A DNA stretch of 64,000 bases from Candidatus Krumholzibacteriia bacterium. GTDB lineage: Bacteria > Krumholzibacteriota > Krumholzibacteriia > LZORAL124-64-63. Made by a program: the position numbers and the translations under genes. The stretch lies in contig CAWKEB010000002.1 in assembly GCA_963848505.1 (NCBI GenBank), forward strand, positions 389,832 to 453,831, given 5' to 3'. This document shows, piece by piece, positions 35,240-44,420 of the stretch. The notes under the pieces were generated by a model. It had not been told where the DNA came from and did no database searches. It saw only the letters and a program-made list of their open reading frames with translations. Each line of letters starts with the position of its first letter. Positions within the stretch are counted from its first letter, which is position 1.

Positions 35240-36778
35240 ATGCGCACCGCGAGCACCCCGATCATCGCCCTGCTGGCCACCCTGGCCCTGGCCGCCGGCT
35301 TCGTCCTCTTCGGCGGCTGCGAGAGCAATCCGGCCGAGCCGGTCTACGACAACCCCTGGGATCCCGAAGGGCCCGAAGGCGGCGATGCCCTGCAGGTGCG
35401 GGCCACGGCCCTGGACACGGTCATCAACGTCATCTGGAACCAGCCCCAGGGCCAGGGCATCATCTTGTACGTGGTCAGCCACACCCTGGACAACGGCGGC
35501 GTGTGGGACGAGGTGGGCGAGGTCAACGCGACAACCGCGACCACCGGGTTCTTTCCCTACCGCGGCGCCGAACCCTCGCGCGTCCACTACTTCCGGGTGC
35601 AGGCCTTCACCGACGTCGACTTCTCGATCGTGGGCTACGGGCGCACCGCCGCGGCCCTGGCGCCGCCGCGCATGGTGCCGCTCACCGGCACCAGGCCCCG
35701 GGCCAGCCGCTACCTCGACCTGCTGATCACCGTCAACGAGGGCGACTCGCTGCGCCTGGCCGACAACGACACCTTCGGCGGCGCGGTCACCATCGCCGTG
35801 GCCGAGCTGGGCCAGCCGCAGACCGTGCCCTGGGACCTGGGCCCCGGCGCCAACAACACGGCGTTCGAGGTCCATGTCGAGGCCTTCGAGTCCGGCAACT
35901 ATCCGTCGCCGTCGGCGTCGCTGAATTTCACGGCCGCCTTCGCGCCGCGCCACTACGTGGCCGGAAAACCCGCATCCGTGGCCTCGCGTGTGGTCGACCT
36001 GGTCGTGCCGATCGAGGGCGTGACCGCCATGCGCTTCGCCCTCAGCAGCGGCGACCTGGCCCTGGCGACCTGGCTGGCGCCCGCCGACACGGTGCGCGGG
36101 TTCGTGCTCGCCGAGTCGGCCAACCCGCAGCAGGTCCACGGCGAGTACCAGGGCGACTTCGGCTACAACGCCACCTTCGCCCTGGCCGTGACGCCCGCCA
36201 CCCTGGCCTCTGCCACCTTCGTGCTGGACGTGCCGCCGAACCGCGTGATCCCCGGCCCGTCGGTGCGCGCGGTCAGCCAGGCGGCCGCCAACCAGATGCG
36301 CATCGGCGAGAGCGCCGGCTTCAGCAGCGTCCCCTGGCAGGCCTACCGGGACACGGTGATGGTCACGCTCTCGGCCGGCGAGGGCCGCAAGGTGCTGTAC
36401 GCCCAGTACCGCAACGACTGGGCCGACTCCCCCGTCCTGACCCAGTACGTGGACGTGGCCGGGCAGCCCATCGGCGTCGGCTTCCTGGCCCCCGCCGCCG
36501 GCGCCCTGCTGGCCGGCGGCACCTCGCTGCAGGTGCGGGGCACGGCCCTGGCCGGCTCGGCCTCCGACCGCCTGGACTCGGTGCGGGTCGATCTGGGCGA
36601 CGGCCTGGGCTGGCGCGCGCCCAACGGGACCACGTCCTGGGACATCATGTGGAGCGTGCCCGAGGTGACGGCCGCCACGCCGCGCACCCTGCGCGCGCGG
36701 GCCTGGGCCACCGACACGCTGACCGCGCTGGTGGACACGGCGACGGCGCTGGTTTCGGTGACGATCCAGGGGCCGTAG
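35240..36778 (+). CDS. lipoprotein of unknown function (Ig/FN3-like repeats)
   Basis: ATG 35240 follows GAGGAG. The lipobox is LFGGCES. Composition is beta-rich. Confidence 0.65.
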   Translation: MRTASTPIIALLATLALAAGFVLFGGCESNPAEPVYDNPWDPEGPEGGDALQVRATALDTVINVIWNQPQGQGIILYVVSHTLDNGGVWDEVGEVNATTATTGFFPYRGAEPSRVHYFRVQAFTDVDFSIVGYGRTAAALAPPRMVPLTGTRPRASRYLDLLITVNEGDSLRLADNDTFGGAVTIAVAELGQPQTVPWDLGPGANNTAFEVHVEAFESGNYPSPSASLNFTAAFAPRHYVAGKPASVASRVVDLVVPIEGVTAMRFALSSGDLALATWLAPADTVRGFVLAESANPQQVHGEYQGDFGYNATFALAVTPATLASATFVLDVPPNRVIPGPSVRAVSQAAANQMRIGESAGFSSVPWQAYRDTVMVTLSAGEGRKVLYAQYRNDWADSPVLTQYVDVAGQPIGVGFLAPAAGALLAGGTSLQVRGTALAGSASDRLDSVRVDLGDGLGWRAPNGTTSWDIMWSVPEVTAATPRTLRARAWATDTLTALVDTATALVSVTIQGP

Positions 36779-36928
36779 GCAGCCCGGCGCCACGCACCTG
36801 GATATCAAACATCAACGCTCTTGCTTTGTCCGCCAATTGATCATATCCTGTCTTCCTGTCTGGACTTGGGGGATCCCGGCACCCCGCCGGGAGCAGGTCC
36901 GTTTGCCGATGTGTCCTGGAGGGAAATC

Positions 36929-37456
36929 ATGAAAACGACGCTCAAGACGATGCTCGCGCTGGTCGCCTGCCTGATCGTGTTCGGCAGCGGACAGGTCCGC
37001 GCCGGCACCGAAGTACCCGCCGAATGGCTGGGCATCTGGCAGATCGAGATCACCGTCTACGACTGCGACACCAATGACGTGATCTTCCAGCTGGCCGAAC
37101 TGGACACGGTCTGCCCGGGCACGATCTTCGAGGATCCCGACGGCGGGGAATTCGACCTGACCTGCACCTCTGCGGCCGACGCCAACTCGCTGACCATGCA
37201 CTGCGAGGGCGAGTCCGAGTTCTTCCCCGGCTGCACCGCCAACTTCGTCCAAGATACGGCGGGAACCCGCAACGGCGAGACCTACACCGTGACCTCGACC
37301 ACGGCGATCTCGTACGTCGGCGACTGCTTCGGCATCGAGGACAGCTGCCAGCGCACCGAGACCACAGGTGCACGCATCGCGGGCGTTCCCGGCTCCTGTG
37401 AGAGCACGCCGAACCGGGACGAGACCTGGGGCTCGCTGAAGTCGAGCTACCGTTAG
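36929..37456 (+). CDS. small Cys-rich secreted protein carrying the C-terminal WG-K tag (ends DETWGSLKSSYR)
   Basis: ATG 36929 follows GGAGGG. The signal peptide is MKTTLKTMLALVACLIVFGSGQVRA. Confidence 0.7.
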   Translation: MKTTLKTMLALVACLIVFGSGQVRAGTEVPAEWLGIWQIEITVYDCDTNDVIFQLAELDTVCPGTIFEDPDGGEFDLTCTSAADANSLTMHCEGESEFFPGCTANFVQDTAGTRNGETYTVTSTTAISYVGDCFGIEDSCQRTETTGARIAGVPGSCESTPNRDETWGSLKSSYR

Positions 37457-37469
37457 GTCCGCATGGGGG

Positions 37470-40310
37470 CTACGGCTCGACCGGCCCGAGATACCGGTCG
37501 AGCCAGGCCACCGACTCGCGGACCAGGTCCGCCTTGGGCACCGTGTGCCCGCGCTCGTAGGTCAGGCGCTTCTTGTCCGCCGCCGGCGTGCCCAGCAGAT
37601 CGAACATGGGCTGCTGCGAGCTGGCGGCCGGGAAGAAGAAATCCAGCTCGCCGTTGAGCATCAGCGTGGGCTGCGTCACCCGCGTCACGTAGTTCAGCTG
37701 ATCGGCCTCGGGCAGCGCCCGCTGGAAGCAGAATCCCGCCACGTACAGCACGTTGACCTTCAGCCGCGGCTCGATCGCCGGCAGGATGGCCCCCAGCGCA
37801 CCGCCCCAGCTGACGCCGAAGTAGGCCAGGCGCTCGCCGTCCAGGTCCGCGCGCGATTCGACGAAGTCGATGGCCCGGGCCAGATCCTTGCCCCACATCA
37901 CCAGGTTGTCCTTGTAGAACGCCGTCTCCTCCGGGTAGTCGGAGGTGATCGCGCCGCCCCGCTCGTAGGTGCCCTTGTAGACCGGCAGCAGCAGCGCCCG
38001 CCCACCCCGGGCCAGGAAGTCGAGGCGGCGGAACTCGTTGAGGTTGAACACCCGATTGTGTACGGCGAGGGAGCCCGGGAACACCACCACCGTCTGGTAG
38101 GGCGGCTTGCCGCGGGCCGGCAGGAACAGATGCAGCTGCATCCGCTCGCCGCCATAGGCCGCGTCTATCTCCAGGGTCTGCCAACGGCCGGTGGCGATCT
38201 GCTGGTCGTCGATCTCCTTTGTGCGCAGCGGCTTGCGGTCGTACTGGAACTGGCGCCGGAAGTAGGCGAAGACCTCGTCGGGCACCGGCTGTTCGGCGCG
38301 GAAGTCGCGGAAGGGGATGGGAATCAAACGGCCCAGATCGGTCGCGGCGGGATCGCCCGCGACCGTGCGCATGCAGCGGAAGCCGTTGGACAACGAACGA
38401 TCGAACGCCGGCTGGGCGTAGGCGTCAACGAATGCGTAGCCGGGATCGTTCCAGCCGCCGCCGAGGATGAAATGCTCGCCCGGCCGATCGATGGGGTTGT
38501 GGATCCACTCGCGCACGTTGCCCGCCAGGTCGTGCACGCCGAAGCGGTTGAGGCTGAGGGTGGTGCCCACGGGCACGGTGCCGCGGCCCGAAAGATTGGC
38601 TTTCGGTGCGATCTGCCCGCTGGAAAAGGTGAAGGCAACACGGCTCCAGTGGAAGATCGTGGGCAGGATCCGGCCTGCCCAGGCCGCGTAGGCCGCGGCC
38701 TCGTGCCAGCTGATGCCGGCCACCGGGTGTTCGTCGTCGCCGGCTGGGTATTCGCCCATCATCCAGGCGGCGGGTCCGGGCTGCCCCACCGCGTCGACCA
38801 GGCGGGCCATGGCCTCGGCGCGGGTCAAGGTCCGATCGCGGTCAAGGAACGGTCCGGGCCAGAACTCCTCGCGACCGTAGCCGCCTTCGTCCAGGAAGCG
38901 CTTGTACTGGCGGTTGGTCACCGGATGCCGATCCAGCAGGAAGGCGCCCACCTGTTCGGTCTCCAGATGGTCGAGCCCCGGCATGTAGAGGGGGAAGCCG
39001 CCGGCAGGCACTTCTTCCATTTCGTCGGGGAGCTCGGTCGGCCGTCGCAACACGTGGTGCCAGGTGCAGGTGGTCGGGTCCGAGGCGTTGGTCATGGTCG
39101 GGCCGAGGTTCCAGACCAGGTCGTGCGCCGTGCGGTGTTCCGGCAGCTCCAGCCGCAGGCGCGTCAGCCCGCGGGGGAACGGATGGTTGCACAGCGGTGT
39201 CGGGCCGAGGTCGAGTTCGCGCTCCTGCGGGTCGTCGTAGAAGGCGGCAAAGACCCGGGCGCCCGCCGGATCCGAAGTGATGGAGATGGGGTTGTCGAAA
39301 TCGGGCCGCAGGCGTTCGACCAGGGGATCGCCCGGGGCGAGCTTCTCGATTTCGGCGGCCAGTTCGAAGGCCGTCCAGGAATCACGCCCCTCTTCCATGG
39401 CCAGGATGCGGTCGCACAGGCGGGTCAGCTCGGGCAGACCCTCGTCCCGCGGCCAGCGGCGCAGGGCGGTCAGCTCGGCACCCACTTCGGCGGCGCCGGC
39501 GGGGCGGTCGGCCGGGTCCTTCTCCAGGCAGCGGGACACGATCCGGTCCAGGCCCCGGGGCATGGCGCCGTTGAGGCGCGACGGCAGCGCCGGCTGTTCC
39601 CGTACCATCGACCCCAGCCGCGTGGCCAGGTCGTTGCCCATGAACGGCCGCTGCCCGGTGGCCATCTCGTGCAGCACGCAACCCAGGGCGAAGAGGTCCG
39701 AGCGCTCGTCGGCCTCGCGCCCCGACAGCTGTTCGGGCGCCATGTAGGCAAAGGTGCCCACCAGCGCGCCGGCGCCGGTCAGCGGCGCCGCGACGGTCGA
39801 CGAGTCGCCGCGCGTCGATTCTGCCGGCGGCGCAATCGCCGGCCGCGCCAGGCCGAAGTCCAGCAGCTTGATCCCCGCGGCGGTCAGCATCAGGTTGCCG
39901 GGCTTGAGGTCCCGGTGCACGAGGCCGGCGCCGTGGGCCGCGGCCAGGGCGGCGACCAACTGGCCCGCCATCTCCAGCAGTTCGTCCACCGGTAGTGCTC
40001 CGCGCTCCAGCCGCGCCGCCAGCGTCTCGCCGGCGATCAACTCCATCACCAGATAGTCGACGCCGTCGTTGTGCCCCACGTCGTGCAGGGTGCAGATGTG
40101 CGGGTGGTTGAGCCGGGACAGGGTGCGCGCCTCGCGCTGGAAGCGGGCGCCCAGTTCGGCCGAGTCCCGCAGCCCCCGCGGCAGCACCTTGACCGCCACC
40201 TCGCGCCCCAGGCGTTCGTCGCGGGCCCGGTAGACCTCGCCCATGCCGCCGGCGCCCAGGGCTGCGACGATGGTGTAGGGGCCGAGGCTGGTACCGGGGA
40301 GCAGGAACAT
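37470..40310 (-). CDS. Ser/Thr protein kinase fused to PEGA-like, FGE/sulfatase-modifying-factor-like and alpha/beta-hydrolase domains
   Basis: ATG 40310. Kinase motifs are LGAGGMGEVYRA, VAVKVL, HRDLKPGN, DFGLA and APE. FGE-like cues are HPVTNRQYKRFL, HPVAGISWHEAAAYAAW, DLAGNVREW and GFRCMR. A hydrolase nucleophile elbow (GVSWGG) is present. I see no TM segment. Confidence 0.85.
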   Translation of the reverse strand: MFLLPGTSLGPYTIVAALGAGGMGEVYRARDERLGREVAVKVLPRGLRDSAELGARFQREARTLSRLNHPHICTLHDVGHNDGVDYLVMELIAGETLAARLERGALPVDELLEMAGQLVAALAAAHGAGLVHRDLKPGNLMLTAAGIKLLDFGLARPAIAPPAESTRGDSSTVAAPLTGAGALVGTFAYMAPEQLSGREADERSDLFALGCVLHEMATGQRPFMGNDLATRLGSMVREQPALPSRLNGAMPRGLDRIVSRCLEKDPADRPAGAAEVGAELTALRRWPRDEGLPELTRLCDRILAMEEGRDSWTAFELAAEIEKLAPGDPLVERLRPDFDNPISITSDPAGARVFAAFYDDPQERELDLGPTPLCNHPFPRGLTRLRLELPEHRTAHDLVWNLGPTMTNASDPTTCTWHHVLRRPTELPDEMEEVPAGGFPLYMPGLDHLETEQVGAFLLDRHPVTNRQYKRFLDEGGYGREEFWPGPFLDRDRTLTRAEAMARLVDAVGQPGPAAWMMGEYPAGDDEHPVAGISWHEAAAYAAWAGRILPTIFHWSRVAFTFSSGQIAPKANLSGRGTVPVGTTLSLNRFGVHDLAGNVREWIHNPIDRPGEHFILGGGWNDPGYAFVDAYAQPAFDRSLSNGFRCMRTVAGDPAATDLGRLIPIPFRDFRAEQPVPDEVFAYFRRQFQYDRKPLRTKEIDDQQIATGRWQTLEIDAAYGGERMQLHLFLPARGKPPYQTVVVFPGSLAVHNRVFNLNEFRRLDFLARGGRALLLPVYKGTYERGGAITSDYPEETAFYKDNLVMWGKDLARAIDFVESRADLDGERLAYFGVSWGGALGAILPAIEPRLKVNVLYVAGFCFQRALPEADQLNYVTRVTQPTLMLNGELDFFFPAASSQQPMFDLLGTPAADKKRLTYERGHTVPKADLVRESVAWLDRYLGPVEP

Positions 40311-40411
40311 GGGGGCGGCCTTTCGGGCAACCGTCAACCTGGGGCTCAGCAGGGCGAAGCTGTAGTCTAGCGCTGGGGTTGGCGGGGCGCTACACAGGGG
40401 GTCGGTACCGT

Positions 40412-40452
40412 ACAAAGACCGGTCGCCGAACCCCCTGGGCTCGGCGACCGGT
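40412..40452 (-). terminator. candidate intrinsic terminator of the GH16 gene
   Basis: A perfect 12-bp inverted repeat (ACCGGTCGCCGA / TCGGCGACCGGT) around an 11-nt loop, followed on the minus strand by CTTTGT. Confidence 0.45.
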
Positions 40453-40480
40453 TGAATGAACACCGATGAGAGTCGCGGAC

Positions 40481-42304
40481 CTACTTCACAAGCACCATCT
40501 TCCGCGACTCCACGCCCTCGTCCGAGCGCAGGCGGTAGTAGTAGACGCCCGAGCCCACGTTGGCCCCGCCGTCGTCGCGGCCGTCCCACTGCACGGTGTT
40601 GAGCCCGGTGGCGCCGACGCCGCTGAAGGTCCGCACCCGGCGCCCGGCCACGTCGTAGATCTCGACGTCATAGGATCCGCCCGCCGGCAGCTCGAAGCGG
40701 ATCTCCGTCCGGGCGTTGAAGGGGTTGGGCGAGTTGGGCAGCAGCGCGAGCTTGCGGCCCGGGGTCGCCTCGCCGTCGCCGACGGCCGAGACCACGCCCG
40801 CATCCCAGTAGATGTCGTCGAGAGCGAACTCGCAGGCGGTGCCGTTCTCCTCCAGGATCACGAACGAGTAGCTGAGCATGCGCAGGTCCATGGCCGTGCC
40901 GCGGATGTCCGCGACCGGGATCGCGGCCTGCCCCCACTGGCCGTCGCGCACCAGGCCGTACTTGGTCTGGTTGGCGGGGAAGGACACGTAAAACTGGTTG
41001 TTCCAGGCATCGATGATGCCGATCTTGAAGGTCACGTTGGCCGGGATCTTGATCCGGAACTTGAGGTGGCCCTCGCCGAAGTCGAACAGGTTCAGCGGCT
41101 GCATGGACATGATGCCCGCACCGAACCAGCCGCGGCCCGCCGTCCGCCAGGACAGCACGTTGTCGCCCTCGTAGGGCGGGATCGCGCCGTCGACCAGGGT
41201 GCCTTCCCACACGTAGATCTCCGAGGAGACCTCGGCCTCGAGGGCGCCGTTGGTGGGCGTCAGGTCGGTGTAGATGCCGTAGGTGCGACTCTGGGCCACC
41301 GGCGGCCCCAGGTGCACCTCGCCCTGGCCGTTCCACTGGTAGACCCGGATGTAGTCCACGTACATGTTGGCCGGGAACGGCATGGAGACCGGCAGCCCGC
41401 TGCCGGGATCGCCCAGGTTGTAGGCGTCGGTGAAGGCGCCGCCGATCGCCAGGTTTGCGATCAGGTAGAACGGCTGCTGCAGCTCGGCCGACTCGCTGTC
41501 GATGGCGAACGGCGTCTCGAACAGGTCGTGCTCGACGCCTTCGTCGACCACCGTCAGGCGCAGGCTGTCCTCGTCCCAGTACAGCCGGTAGGTCATGAAG
41601 CGCTCGATCAGCGGATTGGCGTAGTTGAAGTAGGGCCGGCAGTAGACGTCGTTGGGATCCCAGGAGATGCTGGCGGCGCCGGACGGGTTGCCCGGATTGA
41701 CGGCGGCGTCGGAATAGTAGATGGCGTTGGCGCCCACCGACTGGTTCACGGTCGCGTTGTCCAGGCCGTTGCCGCCGTTGTGGGTGTCGTGCAGGTCGCG
41801 GTAGAGCTGCTTGCCGCCCATCTCCATCATGTCGATCTCGCCGGAGCGGGGCCAGGCGTAGTTGGCGGTGCCCAGCAGCCAGAAGGCGGGCCAACCGGCC
41901 AGGTCGATGTTGGGGATCCGCATCCGGGTCTCGATCATGCCGTACTTGACCGACACCGTCGACTTGGTGATCACCTTGCCCGAGGTGTAGGCCAGGGGGT
42001 TGCCCCACTGGTCGACGATGCCGGGGCCGCTCTCCTGCTTGGCCGTGATGAGCAGGGCGTTGTTCCCGGGCTCGCCCGGCACCCCCGCGATGACGGCGTT
42101 CTCGGCCTTGTAGAACTCGAGCTCGCCGTTGCCCCAGCCCCAGCTGCCGTTGCCGGTCAGCTTGATCCAGTTGTCGAGGTCGTCGAAGTCCTCCGCCCAG
42201 ATCAGGCTGCCGACCTGGGCCTGGGCGGCGCTGGCGACGAGGGCAAGGGCGATCACGGCGAGGATGAGGATGGGCTTGGTCACGGCATTGCTCCTCGGCG
42301 TCAT
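40481..42304 (-). CDS. secreted GH16 glycoside hydrolase (laminarinase-like) with a CBM-like module and a T9SS/FlgD-Ig-type C-terminal domain
   Basis: The GH16 catalytic motif is GEIDMMEMGG, with WPAFWLLG nearby. The C-terminus is PNPFNARTEIRFELP...GVYYYRLRS...KMVLVK. The start is ATG 42304 or GTG 42331. Confidence 0.85.
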   Translation of the reverse strand: MTPRSNAVTKPILILAVIALALVASAAQAQVGSLIWAEDFDDLDNWIKLTGNGSWGWGNGELEFYKAENAVIAGVPGEPGNNALLITAKQESGPGIVDQWGNPLAYTSGKVITKSTVSVKYGMIETRMRIPNIDLAGWPAFWLLGTANYAWPRSGEIDMMEMGGKQLYRDLHDTHNGGNGLDNATVNQSVGANAIYYSDAAVNPGNPSGAASISWDPNDVYCRPYFNYANPLIERFMTYRLYWDEDSLRLTVVDEGVEHDLFETPFAIDSESAELQQPFYLIANLAIGGAFTDAYNLGDPGSGLPVSMPFPANMYVDYIRVYQWNGQGEVHLGPPVAQSRTYGIYTDLTPTNGALEAEVSSEIYVWEGTLVDGAIPPYEGDNVLSWRTAGRGWFGAGIMSMQPLNLFDFGEGHLKFRIKIPANVTFKIGIIDAWNNQFYVSFPANQTKYGLVRDGQWGQAAIPVADIRGTAMDLRMLSYSFVILEENGTACEFALDDIYWDAGVVSAVGDGEATPGRKLALLPNSPNPFNARTEIRFELPAGGSYDVEIYDVAGRRVRTFSGVGATGLNTVQWDGRDDGGANVGSGVYYYRLRSDEGVESRKMVLVK

Positions 42305-42525
42305 GGAGGATCTCGATCCGCCGGCGACCACGCAGTTGGCGGGCGGCGGTGTTTCGGACCCGGTGACCCTACCACTTTATTCGGTCGCCGTACAATGAAA
42401 TTGCATCTTCGGCACAATTTCTTCGCTGCGACCTTAGACGAAACCGCTGGTTTTTGGTCCCGATTCGCAATTTCCGAACCAATGATGAAAACCGGACGGC
42501 TTTGTATGGTTTCCGAACAAAGATG

Positions 42526-42553
42526 TTGACACCGAGCGCGGATCGGGTACAAT
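42526..42553 (+). promoter_or_regulatory. candidate sigma70 promoter (TTGACA-N16-TACAAT)
   Basis: A near-consensus match about 90 nt upstream of the 42646 ATG, in an AT-richer divergent spacer. Confidence 0.45.
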
Positions 42554-42645
42554 CAGCCTTGAATTACGGGTCACCGTCTTGGCGGCCCGGCGCAGAACAT
42601 GGGGTTCTTCGCGATTCGGTATCCGGTAAGCATTGGAGGGTGATC

Positions 42646-43263
42646 ATGAGCAATAGCAAAAGTCTCGTCCTGGTCTGCATGGTGTCCCTGCTGGCCTTCG
42701 CCGTGAGCGGCGCCTCGGCCCAGAACATCCTGGTCAACGGCGACTTCGAGACCGGTGACCTGACCGGCTGGGAAGTCAACGGCGTCAGCGGCACCTCCAA
42801 CGTGACCGTGCAGTCCCCCGACAACGGCCCGACCCTGCCCGGCATGAACAACGCGTTCATGAGCAACTACGCCGAGGCCCTCGGCCTGAACCTGAAGCAG
42901 GTCACCGCGCCCGGCACCGCCGGCGGCGGCGAGGTCACCTACTCGTTCGACCTGAAGCTGGACCGGGCCGACGTGGGCGGCGTGCTCTTCGTGCAGATCT
43001 TCGCCGAGCAGGAAGGCGCGGGCATCGTCGGCGGCAGCGGCCTGATGGGCCCCTTCTGGCCGTGGAACGCCTGGACCACCTACACGGGCTCGTTCATGGC
43101 TCCTGAGACCACGGACTTCCTGACGATCCAGTTCGTGGCCACCACGGGCGCCGCCACCGGCACCAACTGCGTGGCCCACGTGGACAACGTGATCCTCGAG
43201 TCCCAGGGCGCGATCCCCAACGACGAGTCGAGCTGGGGCGCAGTGAAGTCCCTGTTCCGCTAG
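42646..43263 (+). CDS. secreted CBM4/9/22-like jelly-roll protein carrying the C-terminal WG-K tag (ends ESSWGAVKSLFR)
   Basis: ATG 42646 follows GGAGGG. There is a signal peptide ending in ASA. NILVNGDFETGDLTGWEV is typical of CBM_4_9-like modules. Confidence 0.75.
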   Translation: MSNSKSLVLVCMVSLLAFAVSGASAQNILVNGDFETGDLTGWEVNGVSGTSNVTVQSPDNGPTLPGMNNAFMSNYAEALGLNLKQVTAPGTAGGGEVTYSFDLKLDRADVGGVLFVQIFAEQEGAGIVGGSGLMGPFWPWNAWTTYTGSFMAPETTDFLTIQFVATTGAATGTNCVAHVDNVILESQGAIPNDESSWGAVKSLFR

Positions 43264-43284
43264 GAACTCTTGACTCCTGTGCGC

Positions 43285-43321
43285 AGGCCGCCTTCCATGC
43301 TTTGGGAGGCGGCCTTTTTTT
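43285..43321 (+). terminator. intrinsic terminator
   Basis: Stem AGGCCGCCT...AGGCGGCCT followed by a T7 run, 22 nt after the stop. Confidence 0.65.
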
Positions 43322-43340
43322 CCGCAGCCGGAAGGCAAAC

Positions 43341-44321
43341 ATGCAGACCATCCGCTGGGGCATCCTGGGACCGGGGCGGATCTCGCACAAGTTCGCCGAA
43401 GGCCTGCGCGAAGCCGCCGGGGCCGAACTGACCGCCGTCGGCTCCCGCGACCAGGGGCGCGCGACGGCGTTCGCGGCCGAGTTCGGGGCGCCCCACGCCC
43501 ACGGCAGCTACGAGGACCTGGCCGCCGATCCCACCGTCGACGCCGTCTACATCGGCACCCCCCACGCCTTCCACTGCGAACACACCCTGCTCTGCCTGCG
43601 CCAGGGCAAGCACGCGCTCTGCGAGAAGGCCCTGGCCCTGAACGCCGGCCAGGCCGAACGCATGATCACCGCGGCCCGCGAGGCGGGCGTGGTCCTGATG
43701 GAGGCCATGTGGACCCGATTCCTGCCGGCGGTGATCCGCGCGCGCGCGTTGGCCTTGGACGGGACCATCGGCGAGGTCCGTGCGGTCGTCGCCGACTTCG
43801 GGTTCCACGCGGCGTTCGATGCGAAGAACCGGCTCTTCGCGCCCGAGTTGGGCGGCGGCGCCCTGCTCGACCTCGGGGTCTATCCGTTGAACCTGGCCTA
43901 CCTGATCTGCGGCGAGCCGGTCGAGGTGCAGACCATGGCGACCCTGGGCACGACCGGTGTGGACGAGGAAGGCGCGATCCTGCTGCGGCACGCGGGCGGA
44001 CAGCTGTCGGTCCTTTCCTGTTCGCTGCGGGTGGACACGCCGCGGGAGGCGCGCATCCTGGGCACCGACGGCAGCATCACCCTCTGCCGCCCGTGGTGGG
44101 GAGCGACGCGGATCGAGCTGCGGACCCGGGCCGGGCGCGACGAGGTGATCGACCTGCCGCATCGGGGCGGCGGCTACACCCACGAGGCCGAGGCGTTCAT
44201 GGGGATGATCCGGGGCGGGGTGACGGAGTCCGAGGTGATGCCGCTGGACGAGAGCCTGGCCATCATGCGGACGATGGATGGGCTGCGGGGGCGGTGGGGG
44301 GTGCGGTATCCGGGGGAATAG
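43341..44321 (+). CDS. Gfo/Idh/MocA-family NAD(P)-dependent oxidoreductase (dihydrodiol dehydrogenase-like)
   Basis: The Rossmann N-terminus reads IRWGILGPGRISHKF. Further cues are DAVYIGTPHAFH and EKALALN. Confidence 0.85.
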   Translation: MQTIRWGILGPGRISHKFAEGLREAAGAELTAVGSRDQGRATAFAAEFGAPHAHGSYEDLAADPTVDAVYIGTPHAFHCEHTLLCLRQGKHALCEKALALNAGQAERMITAAREAGVVLMEAMWTRFLPAVIRARALALDGTIGEVRAVVADFGFHAAFDAKNRLFAPELGGGALLDLGVYPLNLAYLICGEPVEVQTMATLGTTGVDEEGAILLRHAGGQLSVLSCSLRVDTPREARILGTDGSITLCRPWWGATRIELRTRAGRDEVIDLPHRGGGYTHEAEAFMGMIRGGVTESEVMPLDESLAIMRTMDGLRGRWGVRYPGE

Positions 44322-44420
44322 CGGCTACCCGGCAACCTTCCCCCCTTCCCTCCGTACATCATCGATGTTTCCCTGCCCCGTTCAAAGCCCTGAATCACCG
44401 CATGATGGAGGCGCCCCACG

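Noticed and set aside
38300-38700. Possible diversity-generating retroelement target, because the FGE/C-type-lectin fold ending in GFRCMR is a common DGR variable scaffold
   Set aside because: No reverse transcriptase gene is present. I could find no template-repeat copy of this segment in the window. The domain is internal rather than C-terminal.
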